Part shown: piece by piece, positions 1 to 10,034 of the stretch
How positions within the stretch are numbered: position 1 is the first letter of the stretch
How the letters are laid out: the number at the start of each line of letters is the position of its first letter
From: a bacterium
GTDB lineage: Bacteria; Babelota; Babeliae; Babelales; RVW-14
Assembly: GCA_043822925.1 (NCBI GenBank)
Contig: JBDRBF010000041.1
Location: 1 to 64,000 of the forward strand
DNA length: 64,000 nucleotides
Direction: 5' to 3'
Notes under the pieces: generated by a model
What the model saw: the letters and a program-made list of their open reading frames with translations, nothing else
Database searches by the model: none
Told to the model about the DNA's origin: nothing
Position numbers and translations under genes: made by a program

Positions 1-69
1 ACAACAATTAGAATCACAAAACTAAACAATTCTTTTATACTCATGCTCTCAAAAATAAGAAAGCTTCGC

Positions 70-816
70 ATGAATAAATATCTTTTAACGCTACTTGCAG
101 CAGCCAATCTTTTTACACTCAGTAGCACTCACGGCATGCAATTGCAAGTAATCACCGAACCGACTCAAAACCTTTTTTCGACACTCGACGAATTAACCAT
201 TAAAGACGCACTCAAAACCGACAACTTAAAACTATTCTTAAAAATAGTCGGAAAAATTGATTACCCAACATTTACAAAAGATATGATGTTCGGAAAAATG
301 GTAAAATTCGACCAAATTTTACGTATCATCATGCTCACCAAAACAGCGACGCCTGACAAAATTAAAAATCATGTAAAAGAAGATCTAGTCACCTGTATTA
401 GTGAATACGTAAACAAACATAGAGATTTGAAAGAACACGCGGCCATAATATCTCAACTGTGTAACTTAAACGCACAGTACATCTACCTCTCTTATAACCA
501 AAAATACGCTATCTATACATGGTATGAAAGTAATATCCCTTATTTGTTCAGAATTTGTTACCACTTAAAAAACAATAATTTAACAAAAATGCTTATGGCA
601 ATAAGATTAAGTTTTGAACTCTCACCAGATATAAAAGATAGCGACATTGACAATCACCTGAGCCCCATTCAAGAAAAATTCTGGAAAGAATTTGGCAAGA
701 TAATATATGCAATCAAAAAACACGAGAATCTGATTCCTGCAATAAAACAAACAATCAAAGAATTCCCCACCTCTCAATATCCCCTAATCTACTGGAACAG
801 AGACGGGACTTTATGA
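70..816 (+). CDS. Hypothetical exported protein
   Basis: ORF 43..816; the ATG at 70 gives a signal peptide (MNKYLLTLLAAANLFTLSSTHG-M). No recognisable domain. Confidence 0.6.
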   Translation: MNKYLLTLLAAANLFTLSSTHGMQLQVITEPTQNLFSTLDELTIKDALKTDNLKLFLKIVGKIDYPTFTKDMMFGKMVKFDQILRIIMLTKTATPDKIKNHVKEDLVTCISEYVNKHRDLKEHAAIISQLCNLNAQYIYLSYNQKYAIYTWYESNIPYLFRICYHLKNNNLTKMLMAIRLSFELSPDIKDSDIDNHLSPIQEKFWKEFGKIIYAIKKHENLIPAIKQTIKEFPTSQYPLIYWNRDGTL

Positions 817-848
817 TCCAAATAATCCAAAACAAGACGACCCAAAGC

Positions 849-1379
849 TTACTTATCTGATATTTGCGAAAAAGCTGGTATTTTAAGCATAAATGCATCG
901 TAAAGTGCAACTCTAAAGGCCGTGTCGGCTAAACTTTCTCGCACACAGATAATAGGCGTATTAAACACAAGCCAGTCATCGATAAAGCTCATAAAAACAG
1001 GTGTAAAAGAGCCGTCATAGTTAGTCAGGGGAAAGTCGGTAAAATTGCACATTTCGATCAGAACTTTGCCCCGGGACCGATCACGCACCTCAAAAATTTG
1101 CTGGTCGTTAATAACTAGACGCCATATGTATGGTAACTTGGCGTCAATTTTACGCTGTATCTTTTCTTTAGCCAAAATCCCACAGGTACGGTCATAACGG
1201 GCCAATTTGCCAGCCTGTAATTGGGCATATTGTTTTTCTTCCAGCACATCACGCCGACAAAAGCATCTATATACTTTATTATGCCCAACGAGCTCAGCCA
1301 ACTTGGCTGCATACAAATGCAAACGCTCTAACTGGGCGTCATCCAGACGACTATGGGTATTATCACTATTATTTGGCAT
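849..1379 (-). CDS. Standalone glutamyl-tRNA synthetase-like fragment (Zn/CP-insertion region only)
   Basis: YRCFC...YDRTC, PYIWRL, DFPL..DGSFT..F..DDW match the GluRS central region. HIGH and KMSKS motifs are absent. GGGG SD-like sequence upstream. Confidence 0.65.
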   Translation of the reverse strand: MPNNSDNTHSRLDDAQLERLHLYAAKLAELVGHNKVYRCFCRRDVLEEKQYAQLQAGKLARYDRTCGILAKEKIQRKIDAKLPYIWRLVINDQQIFEVRDRSRGKVLIEMCNFTDFPLTNYDGSFTPVFMSFIDDWLVFNTPIICVRESLADTAFRVALYDAFMLKIPAFSQISDK

Positions 1380-1512
1380 TACTAAACCCCTTATAAATCT
1401 GTTAAAAAATGCACAAAAGTCTTACTTAATTTGATTTTTTACCCGATAATTATACCATTATTATAACATTTATAAGCCCCTTACTTAACCACTCTTGAAT
1501 TGAAGGCACACA

Positions 1513-2505
1513 ATGAATACAAAAAACCAGAAAAAAAACTTTAAAACCCTTCTTGAATGCGTTGGCCACACACCTCTAGCTAAACTAGAATTCGGAACAA
1601 AGCCAACTTTGCTCGCCAAGCTTGAGTTTCTTAGTTTAGGCGGCAGCGTAAAAGATAGAAGCTCTCTTTCTATGATAGAACAAGCAGAAAAAGACGGCCT
1701 ACTCAAACCAGGCGGAACGATCGTCGAAGCCTCATCAGGAAACCAAGGTATAGCATGCGCCATGATCGGCGCCCTTAAAGGCTACCGTGTTATTATCACC
1801 GTCCCAGATAGAACATCATCTGAAAAAGTTGCTATTCTTAAAGCATACGGCGCAGAAGTACACGTATGCCCTAACGTAGATTCGCATCATGACCCTCGCG
1901 GCTGCAGCGCAAAAGCTGAACATTTAGCCAAAAGTATTCCTGGCGCATTTATGCCTAACCAATATTTTAATCCAGCCAATGCACATGCTCACTATCTTTC
2001 TACTGGACCAGAAATTTGGGAACAAACAGAAGGCACCGTAACACACTTTATGTGCGCAGCTGGATCATGTGGCACAATATCAGGCGTTGGTAAATATTTG
2101 AAAGAAAAGAACCCAGATATCAAAATTATTGGCGTTGATGCAGCAACATCTTTCTTTTCAAGTAAAACACCAAAAGCATATGAAGCTGAAGGCATTGGTA
2201 TCGATGTCGTCAGTGACGTATTTAACCAAGCAGTTGTTGACCAAATTATTCCCGTTACAGATGCTGATGCTTTTAACATGACACGCACTCTTGCTCAAGA
2301 TCACGGCTTACTTGTTGGCATTAGCAGTGGAGCAGTTATGCACATTGCTCTTGAATATGCAAAGACGTTAACTGAAAAAGACATTTTAGTTGTGATACTC
2401 GCAGATTCTGGCCGTTCATACATCAGTAAGGTTTTTGCTAAACAAGCAGAAGAAAACAAACAAAGCCAAGAATGCAAAAAAACTTGTGAAAACGCACAGG
2501 TTTAA
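1513..2505 (+). CDS. PLP-dependent cysteine synthase / cystathionine beta-synthase family protein
   Basis: GHTPL, GGSVKDR (PLP lysine), EASSGNQG, NQYFNPAN, EGIG, GISSG, DSGRSY. Confidence 0.9.
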   Translation: MNTKNQKKNFKTLLECVGHTPLAKLEFGTKPTLLAKLEFLSLGGSVKDRSSLSMIEQAEKDGLLKPGGTIVEASSGNQGIACAMIGALKGYRVIITVPDRTSSEKVAILKAYGAEVHVCPNVDSHHDPRGCSAKAEHLAKSIPGAFMPNQYFNPANAHAHYLSTGPEIWEQTEGTVTHFMCAAGSCGTISGVGKYLKEKNPDIKIIGVDAATSFFSSKTPKAYEAEGIGIDVVSDVFNQAVVDQIIPVTDADAFNMTRTLAQDHGLLVGISSGAVMHIALEYAKTLTEKDILVVILADSGRSYISKVFAKQAEENKQSQECKKTCENAQV

Positions 2506-2507
2506 AC

Positions 2508-3413
2508 GTGCAAAAGCAAGTAAAGAAAAACACAGACACTAATCTTGAGTTTATAAAATACCAGTCTCTAGGTAACGATTTTGTATTATTTGACTGGCTC
2601 AATAATTCTGAACAAAATATTCAAGAAATAACAGGAGACAAAAGCTTTTCAGCTTTTGTCTCCAAACTTTGTGACCGACATTTTGGCATCGGCGCCGACG
2701 GCATCATAATTCTCAAAAAAATCACAAAAAATATGCCAGAGATGCTCATCTATAATGCTGATGGTTCTCAAGCAGAAATATGCTTAAATGGGTTACGCTG
2801 TGTCGCACATTATCTATATACACAAAACAAACAAATTAGTTTCGAAATAATGGCCGGCCCACACACGGCACACTGTACTATCGCACAAGATAATCCCGAA
2901 GATCTCTCTAACATACAAATAATCACAGCCCTACCAATATCAAAAAGCGCACAAAACTTAAACACGTGCCCAAGCTCACAGAGCTCACAAAATAATCTTG
3001 AGCCAATAATAGCTCAAATTTCACAAGCACGTTTTGCTGGCTACCCAATAAATATCGGCAACCCACATTTTATTATCTTACAAAAAACAACATCAGAATG
3101 GCTTGACGCTTACGGCAAAGAACTAGAACAACACAAATTATTCCCGCAAAAAACAAATGTCGAATTCGTCTGGCAACAAGACCAAAATACCTATAACGTT
3201 TTAGTCTATGAACGCGGCTGCGGGCGCACACTTGCATGTGGCTCAGGCGCTGTTGCCATCACAACACTTTTTTATCTCCAAGAAAAAATTAAGTCCCAAG
3301 AAAAAATCACGCTGATTATGCAAGGCGGCTCACTTACTTGCTGGGTCGAGAATAACCAAGTTTTCTTACAAGCCCCTGCTTGCCCAGTTTTTACCGGGAC
3401 AATCTTTAAATAA
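2508..3413 (+). CDS. dapF: Diaminopimelate epimerase
   Basis: KYQSLGNDF, RHFGIGADG, NADGS.AEICLNG.RC, GNPH, NVEF, ERGCG.TLACGSG. Confidence 0.95.
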   Translation: MQKQVKKNTDTNLEFIKYQSLGNDFVLFDWLNNSEQNIQEITGDKSFSAFVSKLCDRHFGIGADGIIILKKITKNMPEMLIYNADGSQAEICLNGLRCVAHYLYTQNKQISFEIMAGPHTAHCTIAQDNPEDLSNIQIITALPISKSAQNLNTCPSSQSSQNNLEPIIAQISQARFAGYPINIGNPHFIILQKTTSEWLDAYGKELEQHKLFPQKTNVEFVWQQDQNTYNVLVYERGCGRTLACGSGAVAITTLFYLQEKIKSQEKITLIMQGGSLTCWVENNQVFLQAPACPVFTGTIFK

Positions 3414-3436
3414 CAATTATTTGTTAATAAGTGCAC

Positions 3437-3493
3437 TCACCCTGAGCTTGTCGAAGGGTCTTTTTTGTGTGCCCTTCGACAAGCTCAGGGTGA
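3437..3493. repeat. REP-like 22-bp perfect inverted repeat
   Basis: tcaccctgagcttgtcgaaggg (3437-3458) pairs with cccttcgacaagctcagggtga (3472-3493). Related half-sites at about 4513, 34140 and 59811. Confidence 0.85.
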
Positions 3494-3590
3494 ACGCGAA
3501 TACTAAGTTTATAGTCCCAATTATTGCTTTTACGTGCAACAAAATATACGCTCAAATAAGTTAAATAAAAATTATTAAAAGGGACAAATT

Positions 3591-4499
3591 ATGAAGCAAA
3601 AGATAGTAATACCATTAACCGTACCAAAAACAAAACAAGCTCTGTATAAAAAAAATTATATGCTCGCAACGCAAGAAACGGGCAACTTATTTCTTTTTGC
3701 TGGAGACCAAAAAATAGAACACTTAAATGCTAACTTTCGTATATCAGGCACACAAACTTTTATCGAGCCCGAATATTTATTTGAAATTGCGAGTAAAGCG
3801 CGCATAGGCGTATTTGCAGCACAAATGGGTCTTATTTCCCGTTACGCAGACAAATATCGTAACGTAAATTACTTAGTAAAAATAAATAGTAAATCAAATA
3901 TTTTACCCGCAAACATACAAGACCCATTATCAGCACAACTTAACTCGGTACAACAAGTAGTAGATTTCAAGAAAAGCTCCGGACTATCGATAGTAGGCGT
4001 AGGCTTTACGCTTTATTTAGGAAGCGAATACGAAGCCTCTATGATGGAACAAGCAAGCCAAGCAATTATAGAAGCACACAAACATGGGCTTATTGCCGTA
4101 CTCTGGATATATCCACGTGGCCAAGCAGTCGCAAGCGAACTCGACGAAAATATTATTGCAGGAGCCGCAGGTGTAGCTACAACGTTAGGCGCCGACTTTG
4201 TTAAAGTAAATCCACCAAAAGCACACAATAATCTTGAAAGTGCAAAAAAACTTATACAAGCAACAACAGCTGCTGGCAACACTGGCGTTGTATGTTCAGG
4301 AGGCTCTCTCAAAAATACTGAACAGTTTCTTGAAGAACTCTATAATCAAATAAATACGGGCAAAACACGCGGAGCGGCTATCGGGCGCAATATCTATCAA
4401 AAGCACCTACCTGAAGCGCTTGCTTTTTGTACTGCAGCAGCTGCGATTATTTTTGATAGTGAAAATTACGAAACGGCAAAAAAGTTACTAAAAAAATAA
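3591..4499 (+). CDS. Class I fructose-bisphosphate aldolase (DhnA/FbaB family)
   Basis: AGDQKIEH, VLWIYPRG, LGADFVKV (Schiff-base Lys), SGG, GRNIYQ. Confidence 0.85.
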   Translation: MKQKIVIPLTVPKTKQALYKKNYMLATQETGNLFLFAGDQKIEHLNANFRISGTQTFIEPEYLFEIASKARIGVFAAQMGLISRYADKYRNVNYLVKINSKSNILPANIQDPLSAQLNSVQQVVDFKKSSGLSIVGVGFTLYLGSEYEASMMEQASQAIIEAHKHGLIAVLWIYPRGQAVASELDENIIAGAAGVATTLGADFVKVNPPKAHNNLESAKKLIQATTAAGNTGVVCSGGSLKNTEQFLEELYNQINTGKTRGAAIGRNIYQKHLPEALAFCTAAAAIIFDSENYETAKKLLKK

Positions 4500-4504
4500 T
4501 TACT

Positions 4505-4592
4505 TAGATCCAGCCCTTCGACCCTACTACGACCTGCGTGGCTTCGAAGGGCCGGCAAGGCTCAAGGTGAGCGCGGGCCAGGACGACAAGTA
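4505..4592. repeat. Composite (nested) REP-like element
   Basis: agatcc...ccaggacgacaagta encloses gcccttcgac[cctactacg...ggccggc]aaggctcaaggtgagcgcg. Confidence 0.65.
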
Positions 4593-4612
4593 TTAATATT
4601 GGAGAACAAAAA

Positions 4613-5329
4613 GTGAGCATATTTACAAGGCTAGGCTACTTTTTTAAAGATCTCAAAAGTCTTTTAATTCTCAATGTGAGACTTATCTCCGGAATGTGGA
4701 GACTCACAAAATTACCACATCCAATTGTCACGGTATTTGGAGGATCACGAATTACTCCAGATAGTCCATACGCAAGAAAAGCACAATATCTAACAAAAAT
4801 GCTTGCCGCTGAAGGATACTCAATAGTCACCGGCGGTGGCCCTGGCATTATGGAAGCCGCCAATAAGGGAGCCATGGATCACTTAAGAGAATGCCATTTG
4901 GGGGACTGGGAATGCCCACCAATTCTATCGGCCGGGATAGGACTCGTCCGTTTAAATAAAGAAAAAGCAAACCCCTTTGTTCAAGAAAATATTATCGAAG
5001 AATATTTTTTTGCACGTAAATGGTTACTCGTACGCTACTCAACAGCTTTTGTTATTTTCCCCGGCGGATTTGGTACGCTGGACGAACTCTTTGAAATTGT
5101 AACACTCGCTCAAACAGACCACATGCAAAAAGCCCCCATTATTCTTATGGAATCTCATTACTGGCAACCAATTATTGATTGGGCTGAAACAAGAGCGTTA
5201 AAAGAAAATCTTATTACACTTGAAGACATTAAACTAATTCAAGTCGTCGATGACTCTGAGACCGCTTTTGAAATTATTAATAAAAGCTTCATAAGAAAAA
5301 AAAACGGGAACCTAGATCATCAGATGTAA
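4613..5329 (+). CDS. LOG family (TIGR00730-type) nucleotide phosphoribohydrolase
   Basis: VFGGSR, TGGGPGIMEAANKGA, FFARK, PGGFGTLDE. Confidence 0.9.
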   Translation: MSIFTRLGYFFKDLKSLLILNVRLISGMWRLTKLPHPIVTVFGGSRITPDSPYARKAQYLTKMLAAEGYSIVTGGGPGIMEAANKGAMDHLRECHLGDWECPPILSAGIGLVRLNKEKANPFVQENIIEEYFFARKWLLVRYSTAFVIFPGGFGTLDELFEIVTLAQTDHMQKAPIILMESHYWQPIIDWAETRALKENLITLEDIKLIQVVDDSETAFEIINKSFIRKKNGNLDHQM

Positions 5330-5350
5330 TCGACTGAAACTTATTCCAGC

Positions 5351-5368
5351 CTAGGGTTGAAACCCTAG
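5351..5368. repeat. Short palindrome between convergent genes (REP-like or terminator)
   Basis: ctagggtt-ga-aaccctag; same family as the palindromes at 28019 and 28164. Confidence 0.5.
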
Positions 5369-5372
5369 ATTA

Positions 5373-7799
5373 TTACGCTTTACTCTTTTTTCTACGTTTG
5401 AGTGTCTCTTTACTTTTTTTGATCGTCTCAGAAGACCGATAATACGTATCTTCTTTAATATTTACCATTTTGGGACGATCTTTGCCAAGTGCAAAATCAT
5501 CAATAAGAGGAACTCTTCCTTTTGCAACATCTTCAAGTTTGCGTTTTACACTATAGTGTTCTGGTTTAAAAAACCAACGCTGAATAGGGTCTTTATCTTT
5601 AGAAAATTCGTCGCTATTTATAATTTGATATTTTGCATAATCTAACTTTAACTGTGTATATTCATCAGGAGCCCCTTCAAACTGAGGCTTAATAATACTT
5701 GGTCGTATAAAAATATATAAATTTTCGTCATCTTTTTTTTTGCTTTTCCATTTAAATAAATTTCCTAAAATTGGAATATCTCCCAAAATTGGTGTTTTAG
5801 AAATACTCATCTGTTGATTGGTTTTTTTCATACCGCCTAAAACAAGAACCTGGCCAGCAAGTAAGCTTGTTTGTGTAACTATCGAACGCTTCATAGTGGT
5901 CGGAGTATCGGCGGCACTATCCGGAGTAAATTCATCAATGCATACCTCAATTTCCAAAATAACTACCCCGTCAGAATTAATATGAGGTTTTAATTTTACT
6001 TTATTCGTTGCCTTGGCCGAAACCCATGTATTTACCGTTTTTACACCTCCATCAGCCCGTTGCAAGCCGCCCTTTACTTGTCTATCTTCTCCAATTTCAA
6101 CAGAACATTCTTGATGGTTATTTGCAACAACATACGGCTGAGAAATAATATGAGAATTTTGTTGCCACAGAACACTTTTTACAAGCGCCCAAATATTCAT
6201 AGACTCATCAGAATCAGAACGACCAAGTGTCATAAATGACGCATAACCATCTTTATCACCAGATGCTATTTCAATAAACTTTGCCATAGGAATTGCCGTA
6301 GGATCTTTAGGCCGATCAGTTTTTTTCTCAGATAATTCTGCACCTGTAATATTCATAAACTGCGTTCTATTAATACCCATACCGAGCTGTTTTCCATCTT
6401 TACTTTGCAACTGAGTACCCAACTCTTTTTCCTGCTTCTCATTAATAACAACCACGAGAACTTCAAATGCTACCTGAGCCTCAGGTTTATCAAGTTTATC
6501 GATAAATGTATTTAGACGAACCCAATCATCTTCATTACATGCAACAAGAAGTCTATTACCACTACCTCTAACGCCTTCAGCTGCAGCTTCTGCAACGACT
6601 GTTGCATCTTCAAAAAACTTATATTTACCAACCAATATTCCCTTGCCCGTTTGTTGCCCTGCAGGAGGCTTTAAGATATCTTGCACTATTGCTTGTATAT
6701 CTTCAGATTTTGCATAGCGAATTTCTTTAATATGAATTCGCGATTCAGCAGTACCAACAGGCACATCAACATATTTGAAAATAAAGTCAGTTAAACGTTC
6801 AAGATTTTTTTCTGTCCCCAATAAAATAAGCGATTGCTTAATAGGGTCAGGAATTATCTTTGTAGAAGACGAGAAATAAAAAGACTCTTTATGAGGCCCA
6901 ACCGGAAACCTAAAACTTTTTTGTTTATCACCTTCTAATATTTTATCAAAAAGTTCTTTCACATCATGTGCATCTGCATAATTAAGACGAATAATTTTTA
7001 TAGACTCTCGCAACCCACCAGTATCAAGTTCTTTAACGATTTTCATGGCAGCTTTAATGTTAAAGCATTTTTCTTTAAGTATGACAGCCTGAAGATCTTG
7101 ATTAATCTGAACGGCACCATCTTCAAGCAACTTACTCAAAATATCTTGCGCCATTTCTGGCTTTGTATTTTTGCAAAAATAAATATAGCGTACTATTAAG
7201 TCACTATCGGGTAAATTGTCAGAGTCTGTACCAGTTTTTGATGAATATATAGGTAATGGCTGCATGCCACTTTCTTTATTTGAAACAACACGGAACAAAT
7301 TATCAACTTTTACTATAGAAAAATTATTCATTTCAAGAAGCGTTAAAAGCACGTTCCAAGCACGCTCAAGCGTTAACGGATTACGTGTTGCAAGCGTAAC
7401 TTTACAATTATCTAAATCTTTATGAGGCAGAATATTAATCTTTTTTTGTTCAGCAAGATAATTCATAACGCTGCCAAGTGACGTATTTTCAAAATTAAGA
7501 TAAATATCTGAATCGCCCGTCTGCCCAGGAGCTAGTGGCGTTACATGTGGATGCGGCACTAATTGCATAATCGGCTGAGAAAGTGTTTTTCCTGTTACAA
7601 CATTGCTCGGATTTACATCAATAGAAACGTTAGGTTCTGCAATATTTAATGGTTTTACTGGCAAAAGTTGGGCGGCAGGAAGACTTATTGAGTTTGACGG
7701 CACTGATGGCATATCTAAAAGAAAAACAGACACGGGCATAAATAAAACTAGATATAAGACTAAAAAAAACAGACTAATTTTACGATTACTTAAAGCCAT
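5373..7799 (-). CDS. gspD: Type II secretion secretin GspD, copy 2
   Basis: Signal peptide, N0 (IYLNFENTSL), N-domains, LDKPEAQV, secretin core GQVLVLGG...KTPILGDIPILGNLF...IFIRPSII. Confidence 0.85.
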   Translation of the reverse strand: MALSNRKISLFFLVLYLVLFMPVSVFLLDMPSVPSNSISLPAAQLLPVKPLNIAEPNVSIDVNPSNVVTGKTLSQPIMQLVPHPHVTPLAPGQTGDSDIYLNFENTSLGSVMNYLAEQKKINILPHKDLDNCKVTLATRNPLTLERAWNVLLTLLEMNNFSIVKVDNLFRVVSNKESGMQPLPIYSSKTGTDSDNLPDSDLIVRYIYFCKNTKPEMAQDILSKLLEDGAVQINQDLQAVILKEKCFNIKAAMKIVKELDTGGLRESIKIIRLNYADAHDVKELFDKILEGDKQKSFRFPVGPHKESFYFSSSTKIIPDPIKQSLILLGTEKNLERLTDFIFKYVDVPVGTAESRIHIKEIRYAKSEDIQAIVQDILKPPAGQQTGKGILVGKYKFFEDATVVAEAAAEGVRGSGNRLLVACNEDDWVRLNTFIDKLDKPEAQVAFEVLVVVINEKQEKELGTQLQSKDGKQLGMGINRTQFMNITGAELSEKKTDRPKDPTAIPMAKFIEIASGDKDGYASFMTLGRSDSDESMNIWALVKSVLWQQNSHIISQPYVVANNHQECSVEIGEDRQVKGGLQRADGGVKTVNTWVSAKATNKVKLKPHINSDGVVILEIEVCIDEFTPDSAADTPTTMKRSIVTQTSLLAGQVLVLGGMKKTNQQMSISKTPILGDIPILGNLFKWKSKKKDDENLYIFIRPSIIKPQFEGAPDEYTQLKLDYAKYQIINSDEFSKDKDPIQRWFFKPEHYSVKRKLEDVAKGRVPLIDDFALGKDRPKMVNIKEDTYYRSSETIKKSKETLKRRKKSKA

Positions 7800-7822
7800 T
7801 GCGCGTACCCCTCTATTACGTT

Positions 7823-8359
7823 CTATTTTTCTTTTAACGTCGAAAGCGTTATATCAAACGTAATCCGCTTATTTTTTTCAGTTTTTATGTGCACTTTTTT
7901 TACATATACAATTTTAGTTTTATCTATTTCTTCCAATATCTTCACCATTTTTTCAGTCGTTTGATCTTTAAACGTAGCTGATAATTCCATTTCATCAAAC
8001 TTTGAGTTAATGACATTTGGAGACTCTCGCCATCCGTCCTCAGGTTTAATATTTTGCCGCTTATAAAATGTTTCAAAATAACTATTAAGACTAAAATCTT
8101 TATTTTGAGCCAAAAGATCCGCCAACCGTACTTCTTCAGTTTGTATTTTCTCAAATTGCTGACGCAAAATAAGAGCTTTATCTGACAATTTTTCTATCTT
8201 TTTAAAATGCATCATCAATTCATTATTTTGCGAATAAATATAATAGACTATACCTATTACTATAACACCAACCCCCGCAAGAAAAATACCTAGATATCGT
8301 TGAAAATCTTTCTTACTCAAGTAATGAATTGTATCGGCAAGCTTTGAGATAAATTCCAT
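7823..8359 (-). CDS. GspM/PilO-like inner-membrane assembly platform protein
   Basis: Single N-terminal TM, coiled coil, ferredoxin-like C-terminus; directly follows the GspL-like gene. Confidence 0.6.
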   Translation of the reverse strand: MEFISKLADTIHYLSKKDFQRYLGIFLAGVGVIVIGIVYYIYSQNNELMMHFKKIEKLSDKALILRQQFEKIQTEEVRLADLLAQNKDFSLNSYFETFYKRQNIKPEDGWRESPNVINSKFDEMELSATFKDQTTEKMVKILEEIDKTKIVYVKKVHIKTEKNKRITFDITLSTLKEK

Positions 8360-8360
8360 A

Positions 8361-10034
8361 TTATTCTTCTTTTTTCGTAAGTTTTAAAGTGAATTGCACA
8401 CCTTTTTCAGCAGCTGAATGCACTTCTTCTTCTTTGTCATCACGAACTAAAAGCCGAGAGTCATCAAAACGTTTTTTAAATTCAAAGAAAGCTTTAAAAT
8501 GCTCCGCACCTTCACGTGATTTCAAAAAACCATCAACTGTAACTTCAGGCTTTCCTGCGATTTTTTCATCAATTGCAATTTCGCTAATATCAATATCAAA
8601 CCGCTTTTTATCCATGATGCTGGTTAATTCAAAAAGAATATCAAGACAACGAACACGCTCCTGGGCAAAAGGCGCACAAACTTCCTGTTTTTCTTTTAAA
8701 ATTTTTTCAGCTTGAGCTATAACAGCAGCAAGCGACTTAGTTTTTGGTCTCTGAGCGCGAGGAATATTGTCTATGATCCGGCCAATTTCATTGTTTTCAA
8801 TTTTGCTAACATATGCTGACAACTTACTTAATTGCAAGTAGCCCCGTACACCAATAAACGAAAGCAATATAAGCGCAAAAGAAAATCCAGCAATTAACTG
8901 TTTTTTAATTAACGGACGACGATCAAGAACAAACATTTTACGACGAAGATCAAATTCTACTTGTTCAGGTGATGGAATCGCCGTACCAAGAGCAATGGCA
9001 TAATTACTTAAATTTGGGATTTGGCCAGAAATCTTATTCTGAATTAGCTTATTCATAAAAAGCTTTAATGGATCAAATATTTCACAATGTACTTGAAGTA
9101 TATCACTCGCAAATTGAGCCAAATCACTCACTTCTGCCGTTTTACCTGCAAATAAAACTTTACTAACGCCTTTATAGTAATTTAATTTTAAACTAAATGA
9201 ATTAAGCGTAAACTGAATATCATTAAAAAACTGCATCATGTATTTTTGAACAACGCGATCATATTCAAGGTCCCCCGTAGACTTAATCCCAATAGCTTTT
9301 AATTTTTTTAATACTTCTTCTTCTGTTACACTCGTATCTTTACTAATATGGTCGACGATTGTTAATAAACCCTTTTGGATAGAACGCGTCAAACGCAATT
9401 TACCTTCATAAATAAACGAAATTTGTGTTACATTTACACCGACGTCAATCAAAGCGCTCCCTTGTTCAGTATTTTGATACTCAGGAATTTGCTGGTATAA
9501 ACTATAAAGGGCAAATAAATCAAGCGTAATACTCTGTGGCTCTATGCCTGCTTGACTAGTAATATCCAAAATACTTTGAATATCCTGATTTCTTACAGCA
9601 GCGACAAAAATATGCGAACTTTTCTGTTCTGGTAACTTTTCTGTCACTATAAAGTCAATACTTGCTTCATCGACAGAAAACGGCAACATAGACTCTATCT
9701 CATAATCAAGAACCATTCGTATACGCTCAGTATCAATAAACGGCACCACAAGTTCTTTAAAAACAGCGGCTGTCGGAATAGAAATACGAACCTGATCATA
9801 ACGTTTAACCTGAGGCATTATTTTTTTTATTGCATCAATTGTACGCTGAGACTGTGTTTTTTCATCACCAGGCTCAAGAACTTCTTTAAACAATTTTTCT
9901 ACTACTGTACAAGACCTTTTTGCATGCACAAGCGCTGCATACACCGTATCATCTTGCGTATCTATCGCCAAAATTCTCTGTGCATAAATACGTCGATTAC
10001 CTATTCTTTCTGGAAGAAATAATTCTTTTATCAT
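8361..10034 (-). CDS. GspL / PilM-PilN fusion-like protein
   Basis: Actin-like cytoplasmic domain (EIESMLPF, IDF, ALIDVG), one TM, periplasmic domain; T2SS context. Confidence 0.75.
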   Translation of the reverse strand: MIKELFLPERIGNRRIYAQRILAIDTQDDTVYAALVHAKRSCTVVEKLFKEVLEPGDEKTQSQRTIDAIKKIMPQVKRYDQVRISIPTAAVFKELVVPFIDTERIRMVLDYEIESMLPFSVDEASIDFIVTEKLPEQKSSHIFVAAVRNQDIQSILDITSQAGIEPQSITLDLFALYSLYQQIPEYQNTEQGSALIDVGVNVTQISFIYEGKLRLTRSIQKGLLTIVDHISKDTSVTEEEVLKKLKAIGIKSTGDLEYDRVVQKYMMQFFNDIQFTLNSFSLKLNYYKGVSKVLFAGKTAEVSDLAQFASDILQVHCEIFDPLKLFMNKLIQNKISGQIPNLSNYAIALGTAIPSPEQVEFDLRRKMFVLDRRPLIKKQLIAGFSFALILLSFIGVRGYLQLSKLSAYVSKIENNEIGRIIDNIPRAQRPKTKSLAAVIAQAEKILKEKQEVCAPFAQERVRCLDILFELTSIMDKKRFDIDISEIAIDEKIAGKPEVTVDGFLKSREGAEHFKAFFEFKKRFDDSRLLVRDDKEEEVHSAAEKGVQFTLKLTKKEE

